Positions 46,632 through 58,351 of a DNA stretch of 64,000 nt are shown piece by piece; the stretch's first letter is position 1, and every line of letters begins with the position of its first letter. A model generated the notes under the pieces. It worked only from the letters and a program-made list of their open reading frames with translations. It did no database searches and had not been told where the DNA came from. The position numbers and the translations under genes were made by a program. This DNA is from Phaeosaccion multiseriatum (lineage: Eukaryota > Protista > Ochrophyta, other classes). The stretch spans positions 4,836,001 through 4,900,000 of the forward strand of contig OZ218950.1 in NCBI GenBank assembly GCA_965112735.1, read 5' to 3'.

Positions 46632-47153
46632 GGAAGAGGAGGAGGAGGAGGGTGGGAGGGTGGGAGGAGCAGGAGGCGCACAAAGGCAGTGAACAGCGTG
46701 TCTTTGAGGTGTCGCGGCAATACAACACTCAAGGATGCGAGCGGACGGAGGCGACGGACGTGCGTGTGAACGGGACCGACACACGCAAACGCACACACGC
46801 ACACGCACACACATACACGCACGTACACAAACACCCACCCACACACACACACGCACACACACATACACACGCACACACACATACGCACGCACCATCTGGT
46901 CCAGCCTTCCCAGGGCGATGATTCCTCCGACGCTGAGGTCGAGGAGAGGGCGCTGCCTCCACGCATAGCGGGGCAGGCACTGACGACGCTCCAAGGCCCC
47001 CCGGGGGGCCCACAGACTCTCGCGCATGGCCACGTGGCAGGCGAAGAGCTTTGCCATGTGCTGCAGGACCACGACGCGCTGGAAACCTGCAATCAGTTAG
47101 TCAGTCAGTCAGTCAGTCAGTCGACGCGTGTGTGCGTGTGCGTGTGTATCTGC

Positions 47154-47196
<43 letters not shown>

Positions 47197-47435
47197 GCAG
47201 ATGCACGCGTGCTTAGTCAAAGCTCCTCTACGCGTGCCCTGTTCTGTTGAGGGGTTTGGGGGAGGGGAGTGTGCCCCCAAAGGTCGGCACCAAAGGTCTG
47301 GACTCGATTGCCGACCCGGAGACCAATGGGATATCGCCTGACCCACCGACTCAACCCCTGCCCCGCCACCACACACACCCACTCTCTCTCATGCACACAC
47401 ACGCGCGCACCCACACCCACACACGCACTCTCCCC

Positions 47436-47486
<51 letters not shown>

Positions 47487-48883
47487 CCCCTGACCCACCT
47501 CGAGTGAGCTCTTCCTGCAGTGCCAGGTCCTTGCGCACAAGGCTGCTGCTCTCCTCCCTCTCCCCCTCCCCCACCTCCAAGCCGTCTATAAAGCGCAACT
47601 TTTCCCCCGCCAGAAACACCACGTGGCTGCGGTAGTTGGGCATATAGCACACGGGGTTGCTCTCGAGAGTCACGCTCGTCAGCCCAGGCAGGTGACCGAG
47701 GGGCCAGAGGTCCTAAGGCCGGTAGAAGGGGAGGAGGAGGAGGAGGAGGAGGAGGAGGAGGAGGATGAGGAGGAGGAGGAGGATGAGGAGGAGGAGCAGC
47801 AGTTAGTGAGCAGTTGGTGATACAGTAACAAGTAGATCCACTGGGACAAGTGGAGGTACAAAAGTGGAGAGGGAAATGAGACAGCACATACAGGTTTTGA
47901 GCGCGCGTCACGGACGTGACTTACCGAGGTGAACTTAATAAGGTTTCCCGCCAGACTGAGGCTGCTCACCCTCGAGAAGGCCTGAATGCCCTCCAAGGAA
48001 GACACCGAGTTGCCCCCAAGGAAGAGGGTGCGGCATGCGTCGGACACGCTCAGAGGCACATCGAGGAGGGAGGTGAGGCGCTTGCCCACCGCGGAGATCT
48101 TGGAGCCTGTTCAAGGGTTCGTGAAGGGGCGGGGAGGCATGTTAAACGGAGGAACAGCAGCAGGTGGAGGAGGAACAGCAGCAGGTGGTGGTGGAGGTGG
48201 AGGAGGAGGAGGAGGAGGAGGAGGAAGGTGGTGTGGTGTGGGGCGCCCTCTTGCAAGCCCAATCCCCCCTCACGCCCCCCATTATGCAGTGCTTCTCTCC
48301 TCTCCGTGGACTTCACCTGACATGAGACCGGGCACAGTTCGAAGAGCCTTGCCGAGAGAGAGAGAGTGCCGCTCCCCCCTGGGCCGCTTGGCCAGAGAGG
48401 CAGTCTGCGGGTGCTGCTGTAACCGCTCTTCACTGGCATACGAAGGAGCTGGAGCTCTGCCTGCAGACGCCTTGCTGCCCGCCGAAGCCTGCTCCGAAGC
48501 CCCTTCTTCTGGCGCGGTCTCTGCCCTACCATTACCTGTAACTGTCGCCGTCCCACTTGCCGCCACCGCCGCCGTGATGTTGCATGAGAGGACGTCCCTG
48601 CTCCTGCCGAACAAAACCTTGGACGGCCCACGGCCAATCAGCCCCCTCAGACCGCCACTAGTGCTTCTGCGGAGGAAAGAGAGGCCCTGTAAGTCGTCGT
48701 CGTCGTCGTCCTCCCCCTCTTCCTCCTCGCCCACCCCTGCAAAGCTCACCCTTCTCCTCCTCGGCGGCGGAGGGAGGCTGTGACTGTGGGTGTGACCACG
48801 CATCCCCGGAGTCCCAGTCTGATCACAGGATCGCCGGCCCCTCCTTGAAGTGGAACCGCTGCTGCTGCTTCCCTCAGGCGGCG

Positions 48884-48914
<31 letters not shown>

Positions 48915-49686
48915 GTGGTGGTGGTGGGCTTGTCTGGCGGTGCGGGAGCCCTCCCGTGCTGCGACTGGCGGTGACGCCTCTACTGTTGCGTTGGCCAATT
49001 CTGCCAAGGTTATGACTTTACCGTCGTTCGCTCGTCTTGGAGGGTAAAAGGGAGCGTGAGCAGGAGACGGAGGGGAAGGGGGGGAAGCTTCCTCCTCTCC
49101 ATCATCACACGTCTTCTCGTCCCACGACAATGGTTGCTGCTGCCGAAGAGAATCCCTGCCACCCCCAGCCCTCGCTCCCCACACGGGGTACTCGAACGAG
49201 TCATCGGAGTGCGCCAAGGGAGCTGATGGCCTGCCCGTCGAGGTGTTGAGAGAGGCCAAGAGCCTCTGGGCTTGCTGCTGTTGGTGCTGAGGAGGAGGAG
49301 GATGAGGAGGAGCGGGTGTCGGAGTGGCGTACTGTCTCTGTCGAAGAGAGTCGGCCTCTAACCAAAACTGACTCCTCGCCAGCGCAGCGGCAGCGAGGCC
49401 TCCTTGCCCCCCCCCCCCCCCTCGGCCATTTCGAAGCAGAGTCGCTCGGCAGGCCCGACTGAGGAGCACAAGGTGCAGGAGACTGAGTGGGCGAGGCAAT
49501 AGCCCCCTCGTCTCTCTCTACTCCTGCTCTTAGCCCCCCTCCTGCCTTCGCGGCGCCCTGCTGCTGCCTCAGGTACAGGTTGACGTAGCTGTTGCTGTTA
49601 ACGTGGGTACTGCTCGAGACGGTACCCTGCTGTAGGAGCTGCTGCTGCTGCTCTCGAGGACCACCGCAGCCACCAGACTCCAACAT
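37890..49686 (-). CDS. Large leucine-rich-repeat (LRRcap) + Sfi1-like repeat + coiled-coil protein, probably centrosomal; 5' end uncertain
   Basis: Sixteen exons: ~49686-48317 (needs a 1-nt frame correction near the C15 run at 49407-49421), then in phase 48106-47925, 47712-47499, 47086-46893, 46580-46371, 46068-44389, 44020-43727, 43539-43453, 43222-42852, 42728-42031, 41750-41617, 41309-41133, 40941-40516, 40113-39991, 39746-38682, 38510-37890. LRRs: [50 protein letters not shown]...LRFIDG. Sfi1-like motifs: [43 protein letters not shown] possible upstream acceptor lies at 49842. Confidence 0.7.
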
Positions 49687-50114
49687 GCTGCTGCTGCTGC
49701 TGCAGCTTCCCCCTTCTCTCTGCACGCTTTGCTCATCCCCTCCCACTACTCTCCTTTCCCTTTCACTCCAACGGCCTGTTGTTGGGCATGCGAGAGCAGT
49801 CTTTGTCCTTCGACGACTCCTCCTCTTCGGCTCCTTAGCGATCTGTCAGCATGTTCTGCCACGAAGGGAATATGGAAGATTTCTTTCACTGTGCTGCTGA
49901 TGGCCTATCCGCGTGGAGGGAGGAAAAAAAGGAGGGTCGGGAGTTTGGGAAGAGAAGATCATCAGGAGAAGCGAAATTTCTGTCGGTCGGTTGTTAAAAG
50001 TCACTGTCGTCAATCTCGATTACAAGGAGTGAAGGAAGAGAAAAGAAGAGGAGCCTTGCGCCTCAATGGAGGGGCTCTGAGAGGCCTATCTACCTCTCCA
50101 GCAGCAGTAGCAGT

Positions 50115-50149
<35 letters not shown>

Positions 50150-50666
50150 CAGCAACAACCCCCCCCCCCAAAATTACCGCATCACAACTAGAAGAATCTG
50201 GCGGCCTGGGATCCTTGGGTAGGCATCGGAGGGACCAGCATAGCAGCACCAACGCACCAGCCAGGGTCTTGCATGGTCAAGAACATGAAGCTTTGATGCG
50301 CGAGGAGGACTGCTGGTCCTGCTGTCTTTCTTGAGCACTTGGGGTTCTGCGCCGCAAAATATCGGAATGCGAGCCACGAGAACCCCTCTTTCGTCATGAT
50401 AAAGCTTACTGTGACTCCAGCGACAAGGCAGGCTCTCTCACGCTTCTCCTGAGGAGCCCTGAGGACTTTGAGTGGAGGGATCCAAGAAAAAAAGAGGAGC
50501 ACCCCAACACTGGTGGTACGGAAGGACACGCTCTGCCTTGAAATATAGCTGGGGTGGGGAGGAGTAGAGGTCGAGAGGAGCATTAGTGGTACTTCAGACA
50601 ATGCCAACGACTTGAGACCGCAGTGGCGACAAGGGGAGGAGGAGGAGGAGAGGGACGTCAGAAAAT

Positions 50667-51441
50667 ATGGGTGAGGAACTCCAAGAGCTGCGCATCTCGC
50701 AGCATGAAGTGCAAGAAGACGTCGAGGAGCTGAAGAAAGTCGTCAGCCACCTTAGACACAGAGTCGAGAGCGAGGGTAAGTGTGAGGTTGAGAGGAGAGA
50801 TGGTGCAGCGGGAAGCAAGCCGGGGAGGGGTGCGTCAGGAGGGCCAAAGGATTCGCACACGCTGGGGTCGGTACTGACTGCCCCCTCACGCCAACCCCCC
50901 TCATTGTCGTTCGCTATTGCCCTCTTTTGTCTCTTTGTTGATGATATACTCGCTTGCTCAGGTGGAGGCCAATATGAAAGACTGCAACGAGAGATTGGGG
51001 AGGTCACACGGGAACGGAATGAGGTGAGTGAGTGAGCAAGCGTGTGTGCTTGCGTGCCCCGATGCATACACCCCATGGCTCTGCCCAGGCATCGGTCCTT
51101 CGCAACGCTCTGTGCGTATCACGCCTCCTCTTCCCTTCCTCTCTTCTCCATGCCCCCGACCGAACGACATGACCTGCTCATCAATTGCACCTCTCCACCA
51201 CCATGCCAACTACTGTGGCGGTGTGTGATACATTCTCACTCACTCACCGCTCCCCTCAGGCCATTTCGCGGCTGCGGGAGGCAAGGTTGATCAATCTCCA
51301 GCTGCAGCAAGAAGCCGAGGACAGAGATCGTCTCTACGAGGCCTATGTTGCAGTCCTGGCGCAGAACGGTACCGAGGGAGAGGGAGACGGGGGGGGGAGG
51401 GAGGGGGAGAGGGAGAGGAAGAGGGGAGTGCGCGGAAAGGG

Positions 51442-51473
<32 letters not shown>

Positions 51474-54387
51474 GTGACTGCCCAGGCAGGATGCCGCTCC
51501 CCCGTCTCGTGTCGGTGATGTAGGGCATTCCTTCCCTTCCCTTCCTTTCCTTTCCCTTTCTTTTCTTTCCTGCCTTTTTGACCTCCTTCCTCCCCCCTTC
51601 CTCCTTTCAATCCTTCCTTCCTTTCCCTCCTTCCTTGCAGTCCATCCATCCTCTTGGCTCTTCACTCCCTCAAACGTTTTTTCGAATTGTATATCACGTC
51701 TATGTGTGATCTCTGTGAAGTGCCACGCGAGAGTCTGCGCTGCTGTATCACCAACTTCTCCTCCACTCCAATCCAATCCAGCCTTGAGTTGGCCCTTTGG
51801 ACTGGACCGGACTGACCGTCACCTCACTTTCCCCTCTCCCCCTTGTGCTTTACTCTTGATTCAGGGAGGCTGAAAGACCTTGTGCGAGAGGGCCGCACTG
51901 GGAGAGGAGGAGGAGGAGGGGTGAGGAAGGGGCGGGGGGCGGCGGCAGCAGCAGCAGTAGTGGCAGCAGCAGCGGCAGAGGCAGAGGCAGAGGCAAACAT
52001 CAACGTCCAATTGTATCGGCCTATGAGCGCAAGGCGCAGACTCACGACTGGGTTCGCTCGTCTCAAGTATGAAGGCGGCAACGGTGATTACGACGAGGAT
52101 GTTGACGATGACAACATCTACTACCTTGATCATCCCTCAGATAGCCGCGCTGTTGCTGCAATAAATGGCATTGCGATGAATGACCATCACCGGGGGCGAA
52201 GGACCAAGGCCTCCTTGAGGGGAGACAAGGGAGGAGGTGCAGCAGCAGAGGCAACAGCAGCAGCAGCAGCAGTAGGGGCAGCAGCGGCAGCAGCAGAGGC
52301 AGAGAGAGGACCACAAGACAGATTAGACAGGGGAGGAGGAGGAGGAGGAGGAGGAGGAGGAGGACGTGGTGGTGGTGGTGATGGTGGTGGTGGTGGGCAA
52401 GGCAGGCAAGCGAGGCCAAAGTCCTGGGCGGGTGTGGCAACGAGAAAAGGGGATACTCCCACAAGAAGGTCGTTGGAGTCTGCCGCTGCTGTTGCTCCTC
52501 CCGCTACTCCCGCTACCACTGCGAAAGGTGGGCGGAGCAACAAGCTGAGGAGCAGGAGGGAGAAGCCTAAGATGGGGGGGGGCAGTAGCAGCGCTGCACG
52601 AACAAGAGGGTCAGCAGCAGGGCTGAGTGTGCCTGCACAGGCGGCGATCATCTTGCAGGAACAGTTGGTGATACAGCAGCAGCAGGAGGAGGAGGAGGAT
52701 GAGGAGGAGGAGGACGAGGAGGAGGAGGAGCAGCAGCAGCAGCGGAGACAAGAGGAGGGCGAGGAGGAGGAGCAGCAGAAGGAGGAGGAAGCGAAGGGTG
52801 GAGCAGCCCGAGGCAGCAATGGAGGTTCTAAAGGCACTCACCACTCGACCGCTGCGCCCAAAGCGACAGTCACGACGAACTGGGCTGAGGTGACGAGGCG
52901 AGGACCCACATCTCGACGGCTGAGGTCAGACGGCGCTGAAGGCGGGGTGCAAGAGGGCGGACCCAGCAGTCGAGACAGAGGTAGCGGTAGTGGCCTCAAA
53001 GGGGGTCCGGCGGCTTCGGTGGCGGTTGTTAAGGCAGGCAGAAGGCTTAGCATGGGGGGCGGCGGCGACAGCAGCGGCGGCAGGCAGAGCGTAGACGGCA
53101 ATACGCGGGGCCTCAACGAACACTCTTCCGACAACCCCGACGCAACCGGCCTGGAAAGTGCTGCTGCTACTACTACTGACGGTGGTGGTGGTGGTGGTGG
53201 TGGTGGTGGCGAAGCGCTGCCCCACGGCGGCGGAGGGGCCGGGGGGGAGCAGAACAGAGCCAGAGCCAGAGAGGTATTCGAGGAGGATATGGTGAGTCAA
53301 AGCAGCTTGAGGATGATGTACAACGAAATCTTCTTGCTGCCTCGCTCCGACGAGACGGATGTTGTTGAGGTACGTGAGGAGGAGTTTTGGAGGAATTTGA
53401 GTTTCAGCCATGTCGGCGTTTGCTTCCCTACGATAGGAGTCGGAGGCCTTGGCGTGAATTTCGTCTCTCAGTCTGTCCGTTCGCTCGTTCGTTCGTTAGC
53501 TAGCGTACCTGCAAGGACCCAGAGCATGTTTAGCCGCCGCTTTCTAGCCCCCCTGTTGATGTGGTGTACATCGGGGAGGGTAGGCAGCATGACGGGAGGA
53601 GGAGGTCCCTCACCCCTCGCGTGTACCTCTCTCGCTTGCTCTCGTGCCTAACAGCCTCCCAAGCGACTGGAGCGACTACTGAGGCCACCTCAAAGCACCC
53701 CCTTACAAAGAAATCGTCAGGTGTGTGTATATGTGTATGTGTGTGTGTATATGTGTGTGAGTGTTTGTGTGTGTATATGTGTGTGTGTGTTTGTGTGTAC
53801 CAAGTATGTGTGTGTGGGTGTGTGGGTGGGTTGGTACGTGAGGATACGTGCGGTGGTGGGGATAGGGGTAGGAGGTGACACAAACGAGGAGGTCGGAGGG
53901 GGAGGGAGGGAGGAGGGAGGGAGGGAGGAAGGGAGGCCATAGAAGAGAGCGAGAGAGGAAAGAGGAGATGCACTCCGTTTCCATTACCCACGCCCCTCCC
54001 TCCCCCCCTGGGTGTCACGTATGCTATCGTGTCGTCTTTCCCCTCCCCTCCCCTCCCCTCCCCTCGCCTTGCCTTGCCTTGCCTTGCCTTGCCTTGCTTC
54101 AGCGGCCTTCGTCGGGTGGGAGCAGCGCCGACCGATCGGGTGGAGGTGGAGGGGGGTCACGTCGGATTACATCGGCCACACGCAGCACTCGTGCCAGAAG
54201 CAGTCTTCCCCTGCCCCTGGCCACCAGGAGTGCTACCAAGAGTGCCACAAGGAGTGCTACGAGAAGCGCCTCCAAGAGAGGAGCAGGAGCGGCGCCGGGA
54301 GGAGAAGGAGGGACAGGAGCGGGGGCAGAGCGAGGCAGCAAGACTCGCGTGCAGCCGAAGCGTCTTGGTCGCAAGCGCCCGTCGTGA
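50667..54387 (+). CDS. Unknown protein with N-terminal coiled coil and long disordered region
   Basis: Exons 50667-50775, 50962-51023, 51260-51368, 51865-53369, 53655-53720, 54103-54387 splice in frame with GT-AG ends. Heptad-like start MGEELQELRISQHEVQEDVEELKKVVSHLR. No recognisable domain. Confidence 0.65.
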
Positions 54388-55422
54388 TTGATGTATAGGG
54401 GAGGGGAGGGGAAGGGAGGGGAAGGGAAGGGAAGGGAAGGGGAAGGGGAAGGGAAAAGGGCGACGAACGCTCCACGGGTAACGTGCGTGAGTGGCGTGCG
54501 TGCGTTTTACGACGTTACTTTCTTATTAGAAATGTGTGTTTGTTTGTTTTTTCTCTCTCGTGAAGCACTGCTGAGTGTTTTTTTTGATATTTTCTTTTTA
54601 CGTATCACAGGGAGAGAAGGGAGGGAATGGGAGGAAGGATACTTTACGCGTAATGCACTTAAAAGAGTGCGTCGTTTAATTTAGAATGAATGAATTAAAA
54701 AGGGAAAGTTTTAAGGAAAAAAAATAAGGCCCTAATTATAATTTTAGGAAACGAAGGAAAACCAAGGTGGAAAGGAAAAAAATCAAGGCCTTAATTGTCA
54801 TTCATTTTTGTAATTTTAATAAAAGCAAATGAAACAACGAAGTCTTTCCTTCCAAGGACAATACAAGGCTGTAAATTTTTTTAAAGCAAATGAAACAATT
54901 TTTATGTCGCATGGATCCCACCATGGCACTGCAAGAGGGTTCAGTCTCCGCTCCGTGGAGCAAGTACAAGTAGGCTGAAGTCGGAAAAAGTTGGGCGTGG
55001 TGGGGTTCCTTCTCTGGGATCGACACGGTCACGTCACCTGCCCTCGTCTATCAATTTGCTTACAGTGTGGCGTCTTACGCATTGAAGTGTTGGCTGCTTC
55101 TTGCCTGCTTTGTTGGCTGGTCGGACATGCTGCTTCTTGCCTGCTTTGTTGGCTGGTCGAACAGCAGTGGTTACCTTCCAGAGCTGACCCTGAGGTAACT
55201 GTAAGCTTGCGAGAGGAACGAGACAGGGACCTCGTCGATCCTGCACGAAGATGAGGGGCGCCAGGAACGATCCAGGAAAGATCAAGGAAAACCCCGGTCT
55301 TTTGCACCGAGGCCCCTTGCGGCCCAATTGGCCTTTTACCTTTCGTCTTCTCTCTCGTCTGCCGTCCCCTCTTCCTACCCCCCCCCCCTTTCTTCAATCT
55401 ATCCCTCCCTCCTCAGCTTAGC

Positions 55423-56218
55423 TTAGCTTAGCATGGCGCGCAGTAGCGCATCGGTGTCTTTAATGCCCCTCTTGACGGTGAAGGTGCGCAGCTTACCCTG
55501 CGAGGAGTAGTGGGCCAGCAGACCTGCATTCTGCAAGGGAAAAGACATGGGAAGGGATTAGGATAAAAGGCAAGAGAGAGAGGGAGAGACAACAAAGCAC
55601 AATTGGAGAGAAGTGATAAGGGTCAAAACAATTGAAGCAGAAGCTGAGACCAAGAGCCACCTACGAGGTTATGCAAAGAGCACACTCCTTCCGTCCCTCC
55701 CTCCCTCCCTCCCCTCTCCTCAGCAGCTTCTCCACCCCGCCCACTGCACCACTCACGCACCGCCCCTACCTCAACACAAACACATACGTACTCCTTAGGT
55801 TGATCTTAAGTGGTATTAGTCAATATGTATATATATATATGTATACCCCTACCTCCTCATGAAAGATGGCGAAGCGCTTCTTGACGGTCTCCTCCGTGTC
55901 GTCTGCTCGAGAGTGCAGCTCTCGCGGACACAAGGGCCCCTCGGGACAGGAGTCGAAGTCCGGCGGCATGGCAGGCATGTCATAGCCGTCTGCTTGGAAG
56001 GTGGGAGGCAGGTACAACAAAAACAAAAAGGTAAGAGTCTGAGTTGAGGGAGGACGACGGCTGACCAGGCTCACTCCTTGTCAGTCAAGTCAGTCCACGG
56101 AAACCAGACGTCCGCCACTGGCGGACCACCCCTTTACGCAAGAAGGAAGGAAGGCAGCGCCCCACAGCAGCACCTGTTCTCCACCCCTCCTCGCAAGCAG
56201 AAGCCCTTCTCTCTTTTT

Positions 56219-56267
<49 letters not shown>

Positions 56268-57003
56268 TCTCCCTCTCTCCCTCTCTCCCTCGCTGACTGA
56301 CTGACTGAATGACTGACTGACTGAATGAATGATGACGGCCGACCTGTCTCACCTTGCACAATGTGGCACGTGTTGAAGGACTGCCGACACCCCTTGCACA
56401 CCCTCCTGCCCAGCACCTTGCTCACGGCCACCCACTCCTCTAGCGTTATATGCATGACACGCTCCACGGGGGCCAGAGTGCCGGCAAGAGTGTCGAGGTG
56501 CTCCGCTTGGGCCAGCGTACGGGGGTAGCCGTCCTTCCGTGCGTGGGGGGGAGCAGAGGCCAAGAGAAAACAGAGCGTGTTGAGTGCTTTCATATTGATA
56601 CTTGGAGAAACATTAAAGGTCACCCTCTCACCAGAAGGAAGCCCGGCTCACGCTGCTGCTCACGCTGCTGTAGCGTCAGCTGACGAAGCTGGTTCTCCAG
56701 GAGGTCATTTGTCAACCGATCGGGGGCGAGCTTGCCCTGCCGCGTAAATTGCTCCAACTCGCGCCCAAGGGCAGACGAGGAAGCCACCTCCGCACGAAGC
56801 AGGTCACCCAATCCAAGCAGTGGCACGCTCTGGACGAGTGGCATCGACGAGAGAAAGAGAGAGGGAGAAGGAAGAGTGTAAGGAGTGGGCTGGGAGGGCG
56901 ACGAGCTAGCTTTCCCGCGCGATCTCACCAGCCTCTTCGAGATGATGCCTGCGAAGGTCCCCTTGCCCACGCCTGGGGCTCCCAGAAAGACGAAGCGCCG
57001 CAT
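55423..57003 (-). CDS. ADK: Adenylate kinase (long form with Cys-containing LID)
   Basis: Exons 57003-56929, 56829-56632, 56533-56353, 55989-55853, 55530-55423. P-loop FLGAPGVGKGT, GDLLR, GFLLDGYPRTLAQA, LID GRRVCKGC, and RADDTEETVKKRF. Confidence 0.93.
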
Positions 57004-57167
57004 GAGCTGCGTCAGGCGCTGGTGGCCGCAGCCGCATGGAGCATGGGAGCCGCTTATTCTAGTGAGATGATATGGAGAGAAAAGGAGGGGAGAGGGGGAA
57101 TTACGTTTGCTGCCATCCTCTACTCTACTTGCTTCTTCACACGAACGACTTTGTTCCCCGCAAGACG
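57004..57167. promoter_or_regulatory. Probable very compact bidirectional promoter between adenylate kinase and ARPC5
   Basis: The divergent ATGs are separated by 164 bp. Inferred from geometry only. Confidence 0.5.
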
Positions 57168-58351
57168 ATGCCTGCCCCACCCCCTCCCCCGCCTCCCCGC
57201 CAACCTCCCCCACCCCCGCCTCCCGCTGCTGGCGGGGTGCCTCGGCAAGCGCCGCCTCCTCCTCCCTCTCGCGTCCCCCCCCCACCCCCACCCCAAGCTG
57301 GTGCTCCTCGGGTGCCTCCCCCTCCCCCTCCCTCTCGTGTGCCACCCCCCCCACCCCCACAGCAACAGCCTCCGTCAGCTCCTGCAGTGCCACCCCCGTC
57401 GGTTCCTGCAGTGCCACCTCCGCCGGCCCCAGCAGCAGCACCACCGGCACCAGTACCAGCGGCAGCACCTCCAGCAGCACCTCCAGCAGCACCTCCGGCA
57501 CCGCCAGCAGCTGGACCCTCAGCAGGCCACCAGCAACAGTCGTATGTCTCCACTCCGTCTGTTGCGCGTCCCGCGGCACCGCCAGCAGCAGGGCCGGCAG
57601 CAGGTCACCAACAGGAGTCTTACGGCTACACTCCGTCGACTGCCCCTCCCCCACATGTGGAGGACCCCTCCGGTAACTATGAGCCAGCTGTGATGGAGAA
57701 GGTGGAGGAGAGGGAAAAGAAGGTGCGCTCAATGCTGCATAAGGACGCGGCAGGGGCGTTGAAGGTGGCGCTGGAGGACCCACCCGTTGGCCTGAAAGAT
57801 CACAAGACTATCAAGGTTAGTTTGTCTGCTGTTTGAGTAGAGGGAGAGAGAAAGAAGGCTCACTGACCGGCCTTGCACCCTTCCCCATACATGACCCTGG
57901 CCCACCTATCTCTTCCTTGCCCATCCATCCGCACAGAGCAAGAGCGTATCAATGGTCTTGCTGGTGCTAAACAGCATCCGAGAGGAGCAGATGGGGCCCA
58001 CCGTGGACGGCCTCACGGACCCTGAGCTTGACCTGCTCATGAAGTTCATCTACGCTGGCCTTGCTCGACCACAGAACAACGGACCGCTCTTCAAGTGGCA
58101 CGCAAAGTGAGTTGTTTCCTGTCGGCTAGAAGGAGGGGGCTCGGTTGTTGTCGCATACACTGACATTTGATGCGCTGTGGTCTCTCTTTCTTCCCTTGCT
58201 CCTCTCCTAAGTCCCTCCCGCCCTCCGCGCCCCTCCCCTCCCCTCCCCTCCCCTCCCACTCTCTCCTTGTCTTGTGCTCCAAAGGGTGCTGCAAAAGGCA
58301 GGTGTGGGGGCTGTGGCTCGCGCCGTGGCGGAGAGGAGGACCGTCCAGTGA
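57168..58351 (+). CDS. ARPC5: Arp2/3 complex subunit 5 (p16) with a long N-terminal proline-rich extension
   Basis: Exons 57168-57815, 57937-58106, 58285-58351. The C-terminal ~120 aa, ALKVALEDPPVGLKD...VLLVLNSIRE...ELDLLMKFIYAGLA...LFKWHAKVLQKAGVGAVARAVAERRTVQ*, match the ARPC5 pattern (D-x-LMKYIY-x-G, LL-x-WHEK, G-x-G-x-I-x-R, R-x-TV). Confidence 0.88.
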
